NCBI RefSeq assembly: GCF_006345805.1
Contig: NC_043003.1
Coordinates: 29,574,001 to 29,638,000, forward strand
From: Octopus sinensis
Lineage: Eukaryota
Direction: 5' to 3'
DNA: 64,000 bases
The stretch's first letter is position 1; each line of letters starts with the position of its first letter. A model generated the notes under the pieces. The model was given only the letters and a program-made list of their open reading frames with translations, was not told where the DNA came from and did not search any database. The position numbers were made by a program, and so were the translations under genes. Shown here in pieces: positions 24,227-37,863 of this stretch.

Positions 24227-24435
24227 AGGTATATATACAATGCACTTCTTAGAATTTCAATCCACCAAATTCACTCACAAGGCTTTGTTCAGCCTGGGGC
24301 TATATTTGAAGGCACTTACCCAATGTGCTCACAGTGAGACTGAACCAGAAACCATGTGGTTGGGAAACATATTTGTTTACCACACACACACACACCTAAA
24401 CACACCTACACACACACACCACACACACACACACA

Positions 24436-24466
<31 letters not shown>

Positions 24467-25077
24467 CACTTGATATATTTTTACATATGTGTGTGTGAAC
24501 TTCATTTGAATATATAAAATTTAATTAGCGTAAAATTTTACTTATGTGATAGGGTCTGGTAAAGGCACCATAAGCAATACTAACATGCTCCTTTAAGAAT
24601 CAACAAATGCTAGTTTGTCCCCCTCACATTTTTAAGGCAACTGAGGACCCTGGTCTATCACTCATCCCATTTTCTCCCCCACCATCCCACAAATAATATT
24701 TTTCTCAAGACTATCATCTTCTTATGTGATATATCCAAAAATACTTCAGCTACAGTTACATGGTTTCGTTAATAATGACTCACTTTCTTCTATTTCTTGT
24801 AAAGTTGATTTGGTTGTGTAGTTTTCAGTTCAAGAAATTCTAAGCATTTTTCTCTAGCACTGCATTTCAAAAGCTTCAATTCTTTTCTGGTTAGTTTTAT
24901 TAATAATTTACATTCCTGTTCCTAGACTCCAATTACAAAGGCAAATATGTTTGTAACTGTTAGACTGTGACTATTATATTGGTGCCTACCAAATGGTGCC
25001 TACATTGGTACCTACAAAATCTAACACCCAGTGGGTGTTGGATATATTTTGTCAATTTTTTTAAAATCATTTGTTAA

Positions 25078-25240
25078 CATAGGCGAGGCATAGATGTGTG
25101 GTAAGATGCTTGCTTCCCAACCACATGGTTCTAGGTTCAGTCCCACTGCATGGCACCTTGGACAAGTATCTTGTATTATAGCATCAGGTTAACCAAAGCC
25201 TTGTGAGTGGATTTGGCAAGCAGAAACTGAAACCCCATGA
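25078..25240 (+). mobile_element. SINE family 1 head
   Basis: GGCGAGGCATAGATGTGTGGTAAG...CAGTCCCACTGC...CCAAAGCCTTGTGAGTGGATTTGG. Confidence 0.8.
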
Positions 25241-25297
25241 TGGATCACTAGCTACTAAATCTTTTTTTATTTTCTCTCCTTGTTTATTTCTGTGTTC

Positions 25298-25333
25298 CTT
25301 TCTGTCGAAGAGTGTAGGCTCAAAACGTAAAAG
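25298..25333 (+). ncRNA. Hammerhead motif, family B (probably inactive)
   Basis: CUUU-CUGUCGA-A-GAGU(GUAG)GCUC-AAA-ACGU-A-AAAG; G12A change at a CpG. Confidence 0.65.
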
Positions 25334-25499
25334 ACTTTCTCACTTCCCAAGCATTCAAACTAATACATCTGTTTGTTGTTTTCACATTGTGTGTTTTGCT
25401 TACACATTGTGAGTGGGTTTTTTTTTATTTAGTTAGCTACACAGTATAGTAGGATTAGTTGGCCAACATCTGTGAGAAAAACAGCACTATAATGCAACT

Positions 25500-26232
25500 C
25501 ACCCAGCCAGAAATTTTGAAATGGCATGCTGTTCTGCTTGACATTCACACCAGAATCTCCAATACAAACAGATGGTGAACACACAGAACAATGTTGCCTT
25601 GCCATGTCCCAAAAACATGTACCAAGAGTGATAAAAACCAAACATCCAGTCAACATCATGGTGTTTGGAGTGATCACTAGTGATGGCGACATTATGCTGT
25701 CATTCATCTTCCCACATGGCCTCAGACTCAGCACACAGGCCTACATAAAGTAGTGCTGCCCTTGGTCAAGAGGGTGGCTGCTGGAAGACCCTATGTCTGG
25801 TAACAGGACTCTGCACCATGCCACACAAGCAGGAGAAGCCTGTCATGGCCGTCAGACAATTTCTGTGATCACATCACCCCATAACATCTGACCACCTAAC
25901 TCCCCAGACTGCAAACCCCTTGATTATTATGTGTGAGGTGCAGTTGAGCAAGAGACCAACAAAACTCTTTGTAACACCAAAGATGAACTGAAGGCAAGGA
26001 TTATTGCAGCATTCACCAACTTAAAACAGAGACCATCCAGAAGGGTTGCAGGAGATTCTGAAGTTGTCTGGAGGCCATGATTGAAGCCAATGGCGATTTT
26101 ATTGAATATATTTACTCTTTAGTATTTCAAGATATTTTATTGTAATTTTGATAAATATATCTGTTAAGATGAGATGTCAGTGTTATTTTCATTTTTGTAT
26201 AATTTAGACAACAATTTATTCACCACACCCTC
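25500..26232 (+). mobile_element. DD37D (maT/mori-type) Tc1/mariner transposase remnant
   Basis: VPRVIKTKHPVNIMVFGVITSDG...QDSAPCH...(W)PPNSPDCKPLDY; hand count gives 37 residues between the second and third D after correcting one frameshift; 5' half absent. Confidence 0.8.
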
Positions 26233-26269
26233 TGTGTGTATGTTTGTACACATATGTATGCATGTATAT

Positions 26270-26750
26270 GTGCATGTGTTGTTGTGTCTGTGCTTGTCCC
26301 CTCCCATCACCACTTGACAACCAGTACCAGTGTGCTTATGTCCCTGTAACATAGTAGTTTGGCAAAAAGACTGATAGGATAAGTATTAGGCTTAAAAAAA
26401 CAGGAGTCCTGGGGTAGATTTGTTTGACTAAAACTCTTCAAGGTAATTCTCCAGCATGGCCACAGTCAAATGACAGAAACAAGTAAAAGAATAAAAGAAT
26501 ATCTCTACTGATATACCTTTTATCTCTCATCTTTTACTTGTTTCAATCATTAGACTGCAGCCATGCTGTGAGATCACCTAAAAGAAGTTTTAGTCAAATG
26601 AATCAACCCCAGTACCTTTTTCTTTTAAAGACTGGTACTTATTTTATCAGTGTCTTTTGCTGAACCACTAATTTACAGGGATGTAAACACACCAACACCA
26701 GTTGTCAAGTGGTATTGGGGGACAAACACAAACACAAAGATACTCACACC
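26270..26750. mobile_element. Two SINE family 1 3' halves, tail to tail
   Basis: Plus copy 26270-26500 and minus copy 26520-26750 share CTTGACAAC and CCAGCATGGC motifs in opposite orientation. Confidence 0.7.
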
Positions 26751-27062
26751 CACATTTGATATATGCTTACATATATGTGTCTCTGTGTGTGCATGTTTGT
26801 GTGTGTGTGTGCATACATGTGTGTGGGGGGGGTGCTCATGTGCGTGTGTGTAATTTAGTGATGAAAATTCTTAAGAATAAAGACACATCAACAAGTAGGA
26901 TGTCAGAAATGGCTAGATATGATCACATAGAATTCATAATGAAATAAAACAACATTGTAGACTCCAAGTGCTGGCATGATACCATCGATATGCAAGTACC
27001 AAATCCAGTTTATAACAATGGATCCAATTCACCAGTGGATTCTTAGTACGGCATAGGTATAA

Positions 27063-27279
27063 CCCTGTAGCATTTAGATTATTTTGTCAAATGTAGCATT
27101 TATTCATTAACATTGTTTTGGATTAATCATGCATTATCTTGTAGCTTTGAGATTTTGATAATGTGATTGTTAATGATTTGAAAGACTTTGTGAGGTAGCT
27201 GTGAGAGGCCAGATCTGACCAGTTTGAACATAAAACAGAACATTTGGGGCTGGATATGGTCAGTTTAAAAGCTAAAGAG
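27063..27279. mobile_element. MITE-like element with CCC-start imperfect TIRs (piggyBac-type guess)
   Basis: ATAA-CCCTGTAGCATTT ... AAAAGCTAAAGAG; imperfect TIRs, no ORF. Confidence 0.4.
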
Positions 27280-28096
27280 AGAAAAAAGCAAACACAAATG
27301 GTATTGAAAATTTTCTGTAGAATGTCATTTACTGTAGTTGTAAAGGATTACATCATAATATATCATCCACTATCATCAGGTAAAATTTTAAACAGGTAAG
27401 ACTTCAAACATCAACCTTGACACAACCAACATTTCTTGGGCTAGTGATGCATTCAAATTTTACATTCAAATTCACTGGAGAATTTGGTGTGATCTAAAAC
27501 AAGCAATTAATGAATAAAGAAAAAAAAATCAAAGAACTTCCAACTGAAGAAACACAAGAACCCATCATCTTATTTTCACAAATTATTCATGATACTTCAT
27601 ACATAGTGAGCATTACATTAACCCTCTCTCACCTGTTCCCATATGCATCTGTACAACTACTTCAATCCTGCATCATTCCCTTACAAGTTTGGCTTCAAAT
27701 AAAAATAGTATGGACCAAATTTATTGTATTAGTTTCTAATAAGTAGCATAAAAGAAACTCATTTCAGCTATCACACTCCACAATATAGAGAATAGAAAAC
27801 ATATTGGAAATGACCTCCAATACACAGTCATGGTTGTGTAAAGAGTCTTTTTCCCCTCAACTATGTGGTTAGGGAAATTTGAAACCATTAATCCCAGCGC
27901 ATTACTTTATTTTCTCCATATGTTTTATCTCTCACTCCATTTTCTTTACCTCTCATTTTTTTCCCTCAAAGAGCATAGACTTGAAACATCAAAGACATTC
28001 GTTTTTCCCAAGCATTAAACTAATACAGCTGCTTATTGTTACCTGTTTCTGTCTTTTGTTTTCTGTACATTCGAACCATATATATATATATATATC

Positions 28097-28560
28097 ATCA
28101 TCATCATCGTTTAATGTCCGCTTTCCATGCTGGCATGGGTTGGACCATTTGACTGAGGATGGGCAAGCCAGATGGCTGCACCAGGCTCCAATCTGATCTG
28201 GTAAAGTTTCTACACCTAGATGCCCTTCCTAATGCCAGCCATTCCAAGAGTGTAGTGGATGCTTTTATGTGCCACTGGCACAAGGGCCAGTCAGGTGGTA
28301 CTGGCAATGGCCATGCTCAAATGGTGTTTTTTTACATGCCACCTGCACAGGAGCCAGTCCAGCTGCATTGGCAATGACCTTGCTCGAATGATTTTTTACA
28401 TGCCACCGGCACAAGTGCCAGTAAGGCGACACTTGTAATGATCACGCTTGAATGGTGCTTTTTATGGGCCACTGGCATGGAAGCCAGTCAGCTGCTCTGG
28501 CAACGATCATGCTTGGATAGTGCTCTTAGCATTCCACTAGCATGGATGCCAGTCAATGAA
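28097..28560 (-). mobile_element. RTE 3' UTR with internal repeats
   Basis: (CAT)n tail plus repeated TTTT(T)ACATGCCACC units as at 7500-7670. Confidence 0.8.
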
Positions 28561-28607
28561 AAGTTCCTAAAAGATACCAGAAAGGAAACACAGACACAAA
28601 GATACAT

Positions 28608-28704
<97 letters not shown>

Positions 28705-29689
28705 GCAACAGGTTTGTTTCAGTCTCCATTTACCAAATCCACTCATGGGGCTTTCATCAGCCCAAGGCTATAGCAAAAGAGACTTACCCAGGGTGACATA
28801 CATTGGGACTGAACCTGGAACCATGTGGCTGAGGAGCAAGCTTCTTACCACACAGCCACACTTGTACCTAGACACTGACTTTATTGAAATTCAGTCTTAA
28901 AATGATGAACAATATTGTCACTATCAAATTAGTATTAGGAACATAAATTAAAGTAAAATTTTGATGGAAGGCTTCTTTGAAAATTAAAGTGATATAAATA
29001 TCCGTTTAAACCATAAAATTTGTATCTTAGAACTGAGAGCTTTCTCAGGTGAGTTGATAACAATAATGAAAATTTAGTAAAATAACTTTGTCATCATTAA
29101 GCTGAAGTTTGGGACTTAAATTAACATGAAATTTTGAAGTTAAGTTTTAATATAAATCACTTTAAATTGTATCATAGGACCAGGATTGCTCACAGTTGGA
29201 TTGATATCAAAATGGACTTTCAAATATATAAGAAAAATATAAGCTTTGATCAATCGTTTCTTTGATTCTCTTAAAACAATTAATTTCTTCCAAATGAATA
29301 AATATGATCTTCCACTTAATTAAAATAAATTTCCCTCTCCACTATTCAATTCAAATATAGATCATCACCTGCATAATTAACTAACTTGAGATCACAATAA
29401 TTTTCCCTTACTTAAGGTACTAATAAAGCAATCCATTTCAATAGATGATCTCTTCTTATGTTTTCTCAACCTTTCTCTCTTCTTCTTCTTCAGTCTCTAC
29501 TGTTTTGAAACTGTCTGTTTAACAATTTGTCTCTTCTTACTAGTATTCACTTTCTTTTCTCTCACCTCGCCTATGTGTAGAACAATAAACAGAACAATAA
29601 ATGAACTTCCCCTTCAAGATAAAACTTGACTTTCGACTGACAAAGTTGTCTTTCAAGTTTTATCCAACCAACTGTTAATTTATCTATCT

Positions 29690-30350
<661 letters not shown>

Positions 30351-31181
30351 GTCTGATACTACACATGTCACATCATTAACCAATCTCCTATTTATAACAG
30401 ACTGGTCAACAATTATTTATCTAGTTTTTTCTTAAAAAGATAACCAAGTAAACAATATACAGAATAAAACTGAGCTCAACGAAATAGTTTGGCATTCTTC
30501 CCTTTTACAATCTCTCTCTCACACACATACACACACACATTCTCTCTCTCTCTCTCTCCTATCTCTCTCCTATCTCTATCTCTCTCTTTCTCCTATCTCT
30601 ATCTCTCTCTCCTATATCTCTCTTACTCTTTCCTATTTCCCTCTGCCTATGCCTCTTCCATATTTGTATAGTTTTCGACATCAATTGTCCCCTTCTCAAA
30701 CACTCTCTTTGGCATGCATTCTTTTTTACCTTTCACTCTCTCATTATCACATTCCTTTTCTCTCTTTCACACACTCTCACTCTCTCTCTCTCCCCTCTCT
30801 CCCCCTCTCCCCCCACATATGTATATATATGTTACTCTCTCATTCCCACCATGTCATGCACAGACACACACAAAATCACTTCCTCTACCCTCAACATACA
30901 AACACATACACACAGATGAAACTTTCACACATTTTCGTTACATCTTAAGTCTTGCTTATGCTCCCTTTCTAAATAACTGACCCATTAAGGACAGTACTAA
31001 ACATGTTATTATGATATAAATATCATTTATATATATATATATATAAGTTAAGTTAAGTTAGGTTAAGTTAATTTTTGGCTCAAAAAGCAAAAAGCAAGGC
31101 CATGTAGGGGGACATGGAGTTATGTACAGGGTGGTGTTATGCAAGAGTTCAGGCCATTTGACCGAGCGGTCATCAGCATAT

Positions 31182-31223
<42 letters not shown>

Positions 31224-31590
31224 AATATTATAGATATATAGATATATAGATATATATATAATACATACACACATACACACTAGCAATGCACTCCGGCATT
31301 GTCCAATTGTTATAACCTATAGTCACATTGTATCATTTGTTTCTTTCTTATGAGCAGATTTGGCACACGAGGAGTATGAATCAAACAACTCTTCTTTATA
31401 AACATGTTTTTCTGTGATTTTCTGATGAACAACACTGCAGTTTCTGTCTACCAAATTCAGTCACAAGTCTGTGGTTGGCTGAGGGCTATTGTAGAGAATA
31501 CTTGCCCTAGGGACTACAAAGGGATTGAATGTGGAACCATGTGATTGGGAAGCAAACTTCTCAACCACACAGTCATTCTTGCACCTAATA

Positions 31591-31621
<31 letters not shown>

Positions 31622-32178
31622 TGTCTACATTTGTTGTTAAATCGAGTATTCTGTCCCACTATGTCTCAGCAATTCACCAAGCAGAGGTCTATGAAATAAA
31701 TGCCAGTTTGAAATACATACCAGATTGAGATACTTCAAATTTAAGGTAATGGACTACTAATCACGAACTTCCACTCCATACAATAACATTATATGTACCT
31801 CTCAGTCTACTTGACTGAGTTGAATGGTTAGCAGTAAGAAAGATGTCCAGATTTCTTTAAAAAGTATTGTGCAAAATTCTGAGGAAAATTATTTTTTTCA
31901 CCACAAAAAACACACACACACACACAACACACACACACACACATCCAGAGTTGCCTCCCTTAGCTAAACACCTCAAAATTGTGCGACCTGGCCTCATTTT
32001 CGAGGTTATTTTTGTAGGGAAAAAGAGTTGTGCGAAAAACATACTTTATTTGGTAGCTGAAATCTTTTGATACCTCAAATGTCAAAATCAGCAACTCAGT
32101 TTTCAAATCCATAAGGAAATAAGACGCATGTGTGCACACACACACACACAACTTTTCTCCTTGTTTTTTTCTGTGTAC

Positions 32179-32214
32179 CTTTCTGTAGAAGAGCGTAGGC
32201 TCGAAACGTAAAAG
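32179..32214 (+). ncRNA. Minimal hammerhead motif, family B
   Basis: CUUU-CUGUAGA-A-GAGC(GUAG)GCUC-GAA-ACGU-A-AAAG; GUA cleavage triplet, A6U core. Confidence 0.75.
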
Positions 32215-32355
32215 ACTTTTTCTATTCCTGAGCACTATACTAATACATCTGTTTGTTTTGTACACCACCTGTCTTCGTCTTTTGTTTTTTTTTGTAAACT
32301 TTCTCAACATATATATATGACTCTCGATTGGTCCTTTTCTGATAATTATGATCCC

Positions 32356-32538
32356 TACAGTTCTATATTTAAGAGATGAGGAATTATGTACATTATTTAC
32401 ATTATTTACATTTGACAGATATTTGTCCTCATCTTGTTTGCTGTTAACACAATGTTTCGGCTGATATACTCGCCAGCTTTCATCAGGTGTCTTGGAGAAA
32501 TTTCGAACCTGGGTTCTCGTTTGTAAGGTATTTTTCGA

Positions 32539-32578
<40 letters not shown>

Positions 32579-32652
32579 TAGGTCACTGCCTGGAATCAAA
32601 CTCGGAATCTTGGGGTTTGTAGCCCGTGCTCTTAATCACTACACCATATGCC
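32356..32652 (-). mobile_element. Full family A element: tRNA-like head, (AAT)n, hammerhead body
   Basis: Head GGCATATGGTGTAGTGATTAAGAGC...GAGTTTGATTCCAGGCAGTGACC (A- and B-box-like), (AAT)n 32540-32579, hammerhead 32446-32491, 3' end TCTTAAATATAGAACTGTA identical to 6918. Confidence 0.85.
32446..32491 (-). ncRNA. Minimal hammerhead motif, family A
   Basis: GACAC-CUGAUGA-A-AGCUG(GCGAGUAUAU)CAGCC-GAA-ACAU-U-GUGUU; one stem II mismatch and ACGU changed to ACAU. Confidence 0.75.
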
Positions 32653-32694
32653 TGTAGGCATATATATATTCTATTAATATAATATATATATATG

Positions 32695-33185
32695 TATTAA
32701 TAGTTGTCACCAAGCTAACATGGCAGTCCAGGAAAATAGGACAAATGCTGCTGTTGATTAGCTCCAAGAGACCAAAGCCTCTAGCTAGCTATGTGACACA
32801 CAAACCTGTGTCCATTATAACCTTCAAACAGGGGAGGTCAGCAGCTTCCCCTTGCTGGTTTTGTAGCCACAGACTAGTTTCAGGGTAGTTGCCCCTTATC
32901 AATGTGGAGTAGCTGAACCTAGAAGGTGTCGCTGCTGACCATCTGTTTGAAGGATTATTTACTTAAATTCAGTGGAATACATCCACTGGTTTTCAAAAAT
33001 AGAAATATCAATATTTCTAAATCTCTCTAAAGGAGACTATGGCAGTGGTACTGGATATTAAAAGTTATCGCCAAGCTAACATGGCAGTCCAGGAAATAGA
33101 AATATTGATATTTCTATTTTTGAAAACCAGTGGATGTATCCCACTGAATTTAGGTAAATAATCCTTCGAACAGTCGGTCAGCAGC
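32695..33185 (-). mobile_element. Family D retrozyme/pLTR-like unit: 361-bp direct-repeat monomer plus inverted end
   Basis: About 41-bp direct repeat at 32695 and 33056; 32931-33018 inverted at 33098-33185; contains a hammerhead. Confidence 0.75.
32867..32907 (-). ncRNA. Type-I hammerhead motif, family D (U3:A8 variant, GUC triplet)
   Basis: CCACA-UUGAUAA-GGGG(CAACUA)CCCU-GAA-ACUAGU-C-UGUGG; perfect 5-bp stem I, palindromic ACUAGU stem III. Confidence 0.85.
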
Positions 33186-33189
33186 TACG

Positions 33190-36163
33190 AATCTGCCTAC
33201 ACCCCACAAACGGGCCTACCAAATGAACAGAAGAACCACATTTATGATATTCTTCTGCAGGCTACCTCAAAGACAATGTTCTCATCTTCGTGGCTGAGGA
33301 TTTCAACGGGCATGTTGGAATGCAGCCTGGTATCTTCCATGGTGTACATGGGGGCCATGGAATTGGTTCTCAAAATGAAAAGGGAACAAGGGTGCTAGAG
33401 TTCTGTGATGCAAATAACCTATTGAAATGAAACACCAGCTTCAAGAAGCCAACCAGTCACCTGATGACTTATCAATCAGGTGATTCTGCTAGCCAGATCG
33501 ATTTCATTCTCACCAGACAGCAGGATGCATGGTTTTCCTCAAATACAAAGACCCTCCCTGGTGAAGAATGTACCCCAGCATAGACTAATCCTTAGTGACT
33601 TTAGACTCCAGGCCAGAATGATACCAAGAAGCAGACCAATCTAGAAAAGAAGGATTTGGAAGCTGAAAGACCCTTCATATGATCAGAAATTTAGGGACAT
33701 CCTAAAAATTTTGATGAGTTGGGGAAGCAAGGAACTGTATCAGATAGCCAGAAGGGAAGCTAGGAGACAGGTGTATCTAGCCAAAGGAGAAGCAGAAAAG
33801 AAGAAGTTTGCCTATGTTCAGTGTTGCAAGGACCAAAGAGCTGAAGTATTTCGGATTGCAAGAGAGTGTGCGAGAGAAAATTCTGATGTCATAGGAGAGA
33901 AATTGTCTACATGGATGATGGTGCAATTGCTTTTAATGATTCTGAAAAGAAAGAGGCTTGGAGATACCATTATCAAAGACTGTTGAATGTGGAGAATGAA
34001 TGGGAGGAGGAGAGTCTGCCAAAGTTGAACCAATTGAGGGACCAGCTGCCTGCATCAATAATACCCTGGTAGATACAGCAATTAAGGATATGAAGCCAGG
34101 GAAAGCTCTTGGCCCATCAGGAATAACTGCTGAGATGCTTAAACTATCTGGTGGTGTTGGTTATGGTCTAGTCATCCATACTGTAAATCAGGTGGTTCAT
34201 GAAGGAGCCATAACCAATGACTGGTGTAACAGCACCACAGTCAACTGCCAAAAAGGTAAAGGTGATGCCTTAGATAGAAATAATTACAGAGGCATCAAAT
34301 TGTTAGATCAAGTGATGAAAGTTACAGAGAGAGTCATAGCCCAACTGACTAGGGAGATAGTCTAGATGAGACGTAGTTTGGTTTTGTGCCAGATAGAAGC
34401 ACCACTTATGCTATATTTCTGGTAAGGCAACTTCAGGAGAAATACCTAGCCAAAGATAAACCTCTGTACTTGGCTTTTGTTAACTTGGAGAAAGCTTTTG
34501 ACAGGGTTCCCCAATCCCTTATCTGGTGGTCAATGCAGAACTAGGGATAGATGAGTGGTTGATGAGAGCCATACAAGCCTTGTACAAGGACGCTACCAGT
34601 AAGTGTTGGCAACAAGTACAGTGAAGAATTCAGGGTACAAGTAGGGGTTCACCAAGGATTGGTGCTCAGCCCCCTCATTTTCATCATAGTCCTCCAGGCA
34701 ATAACAAAGGACTTCAAGACATGATGCCCTTGGGAGCTCCTCTATGATGATAACCTTGCTCTTATAGCTGAACCACTATCTGAACTAGAGAAGAAGTTCC
34801 AGGTATGGAAGCAAGGTCTTGAATCAAAGGGCCTTAGAGTTAACCTAGCAAAAACCAAAGTATAAGTAAGTAGGAAGGTAGACAAATCACAAATCCCTTC
34901 AGGTAAATGGCCCTACTCAATCTGCAGAAAAGGTGTAGCTAGAAACTCCACAAGATGCACCCAGTGTAAGCTTTGGATACATAAAAGGTGCAGCAACATC
35001 AGAAGAAGGTTAACAGAGAAACTAGCTTTTGTATGTGGAAGCTGCACAGATACAATAAACGCTGAAAATGTGCAGAAAATAGACTCCATCAACTGCCAGG
35101 GGTTTAAGTTAGAGGTAGTTGATAGCTTTCATTATCTAGTTGACCAAGCTTTAGCAGTGGGGGTGAATGCTCTGTGGATGTAGCTGTGAGAATAAGATTA
35201 GGCTGGGAAAAGTTCAGAGAGCTCCTACTCCTGCTGGCAACAAAGGGCCTCTCTTTCAGAGTGAAAGGCAAATTATTTGATGCCTGTGTGCAAACAGCTA
35301 TGCTGCATGGCAGTGAAGCATGGGCTGTGACAGCTGGGTACATGTGTAGGCTTGAAAGAAATGATAACCAGTATGCTTCGCTGGATGCGCAATGTCAGTG
35401 TGCATGTTCAACATAGTGTAAGCATCTTGAGAGAAAAATTAGGCATAAGAGGAATCAGATGTGGTGTGCAAGAGAGACGACTTTGCTAATAAGGTCATGT
35501 ATGGACGAGGACAGCTGTGTAAAGCAGTGCCAATCTCTAACTGTGGAGGGAACCTATGTTAGAGATAAGCCCAGGAAGTCATGGAACAAGGTGATGAAGC
35601 ATGATTTTCGAACTTTGAGCCTCACAGAGGCAATGACTTGTGACCAAGACCTTTGGTGAACTTCTATGCTTGAGAGGACCCATCAAGCCAAGTGCACCTC
35701 TGCTGGTAGCACGTAAAGAACATCTTTTGAACATTGGGCCTCACGGAGGTAAAGTGGCTGAGTTTCTGTCAAGCGTTGGGCCTCACAGATTCAAAGTGGC
35801 TGACTTCCTTTCAAGCATTGGGCCTCATGGAGGCAAAGACTGAGACCATTGGCATTATGTCATACTTGAAAAGAAGATTCATCAAGCTGAGCAAAATCAC
35901 AGTCGTAGCAGATACTGGTGTCACACAAACTGGCACCCATGCTGGTGGAACATAAGCGCTCCCCAGTATCACACAAATAGCATCCGTGCCGGTGACACAT
36001 AAAAGCACCTATTACACTCTCAGACTGGTTGGTGTTAGGAAGGGCATCCAGCCATAGAAAACCATGCCAAATCAGACTGGAGTCTGGTGCAGCCTTCCAG
36101 CATGCCAACACAGTCAAAGTGTCCAACCCATGCCAGCATGTTAAATGATGATGATGATGTTAA

Positions 36164-36205
<42 letters not shown>

Positions 36206-36243
36206 GTGATGGTGATGGTGATGGTGGTGATGATGATGATGAT
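33190..36243 (+). mobile_element. Near full-length, heavily decayed RTE LINE (copy 3)
   Basis: APE endonuclease fragments (SAYTPQ, DFNGHVG, SQIDFIL), RT (GKGDALDRNNYRGIKLL, LEKAFDRVP, YDDNLALIAE), C4HC3 finger remnant, 3' UTR and (GAT)n tail; many stops. Confidence 0.92.
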
Positions 36244-37808
36244 GAGGAGGAGGAGGAGGAGGAGGAGGAGGGGGAGGGGAGGGGGAGGAGGACATATACA
36301 CACATGTCAGACTGCTCTGGTAGTGCAACTGTTTGATATGTTAGGGTGTCAAGTATCTTGTTACTGTCTTGCTACATGTCTACGCCCAACAAATTGTAAG
36401 CAAGTATCACAGGCTGGTGCAATTTCTAGCTGTAAAAATTGATAGGTAGTTTTTTGGACTTGCAGTGCTGAATTCAGTTCCATGTACTGTAGAAACAGTC
36501 TGCAATTAGTAGGTTTCTTATCCAGAAGATTTGTCTCACCATTTACTTAGTACCATAAAAAACAGAGATAATTTTAAGCCTTTTTAACAGATGAAATAAA
36601 TTTGGGAAAGGAATTAATGAATGCTAGTATAGTGGGTTGAATTAACTGACTGTATGCCTTTGCCTATTCATGTCAGCCTTTTGACGTGAATAAAGAAAGC
36701 AATATTTGATTTTATAAAAGGAAATAATCAAAAGATGTCAAGAAATAAATTCTAAAAACTCACAAAAATTTGAAGAAAACAACTAACACAGGCACACAAA
36801 CACATATACTACTCATCACAAAAACACACATTGCTGTTTTATTTAAACATACAAAGAAACACACATGCACATATAGCCACACACACACAAGTTTACACAG
36901 AAAAAAACATATACATGCATATACACAAAAATGCTTTTACACACTTCCCATTAATGTGCAAATGTATCATGTCATACACAAGCCTACACTCATTCACACA
37001 AATATACACAGACAAATACTCACTCATACTTCCCATCAACACACATAGACCATGTTATAGAGAAACATATACACAAACACAAACACAATTCCCTCCCCTC
37101 TTATCACTGCCCAGCAATGCACACACACACACACACACACCACACACACACACACACATCACCACCACCAGCCATCACACAAATGTACACATCTACATAT
37201 ACACATAATACACTAACTGATACATACACACATATATCTACATTATATCATCAAACACATATATCACAAGTTCATATTAATATATATACACACTCCACAC
37301 CAAACACAGCATTCCTTATAAACAAGGCCTTCTCTAATGGGTTTTTTTTTCTTTTACAGTCTTTAAATAACTCTCGCAAAACCTTATAAAGGTCCACCTC
37401 ATTACACTAATATTATCAGGTTTTATCAAAACAATATGATTTCTTCATCAGTAAATGAATGTAAAATTTCCTGGTTTTAATACTTTTAAGTGAGAAAACA
37501 TGAATGGAGTAGTGTAGTGGACAAAAAGGGGTGTGTTTGACACGTGCTGTCATCCATCTGTGTAGTACTTAGGGTTGGGAGTTGTAGGGAGCATGAGTGT
37601 ATAAATATATATGCGTGAGTGTTTGTGTGTGTGTGTTGTGTGTGTGGATGACTATGTTAATGGGCAATGTATGAACTGGTGGGCTGATTGAGACTGCTTG
37701 TGAGCATGTACGCATGTCTGTATGAATTAATGGGCAATCAAATAATGATGTGCTTGTGTGTGTGTGTGTGTGTTTGTGAATGCATGCGTGAGTGTATCTT
37801 TCTGTATA

Positions 37809-37863
<55 letters not shown>

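Noticed and set aside
27330-27500. Possible micro-exons (TAG...CAG-GTAAAA on plus; TTTTAG acceptor on minus)
   Set aside because: Such splice-like patterns are common by chance; no protein support.
31790-32100. Possible DNA-transposon terminus
   Set aside because: No partner TIR or TSD found.
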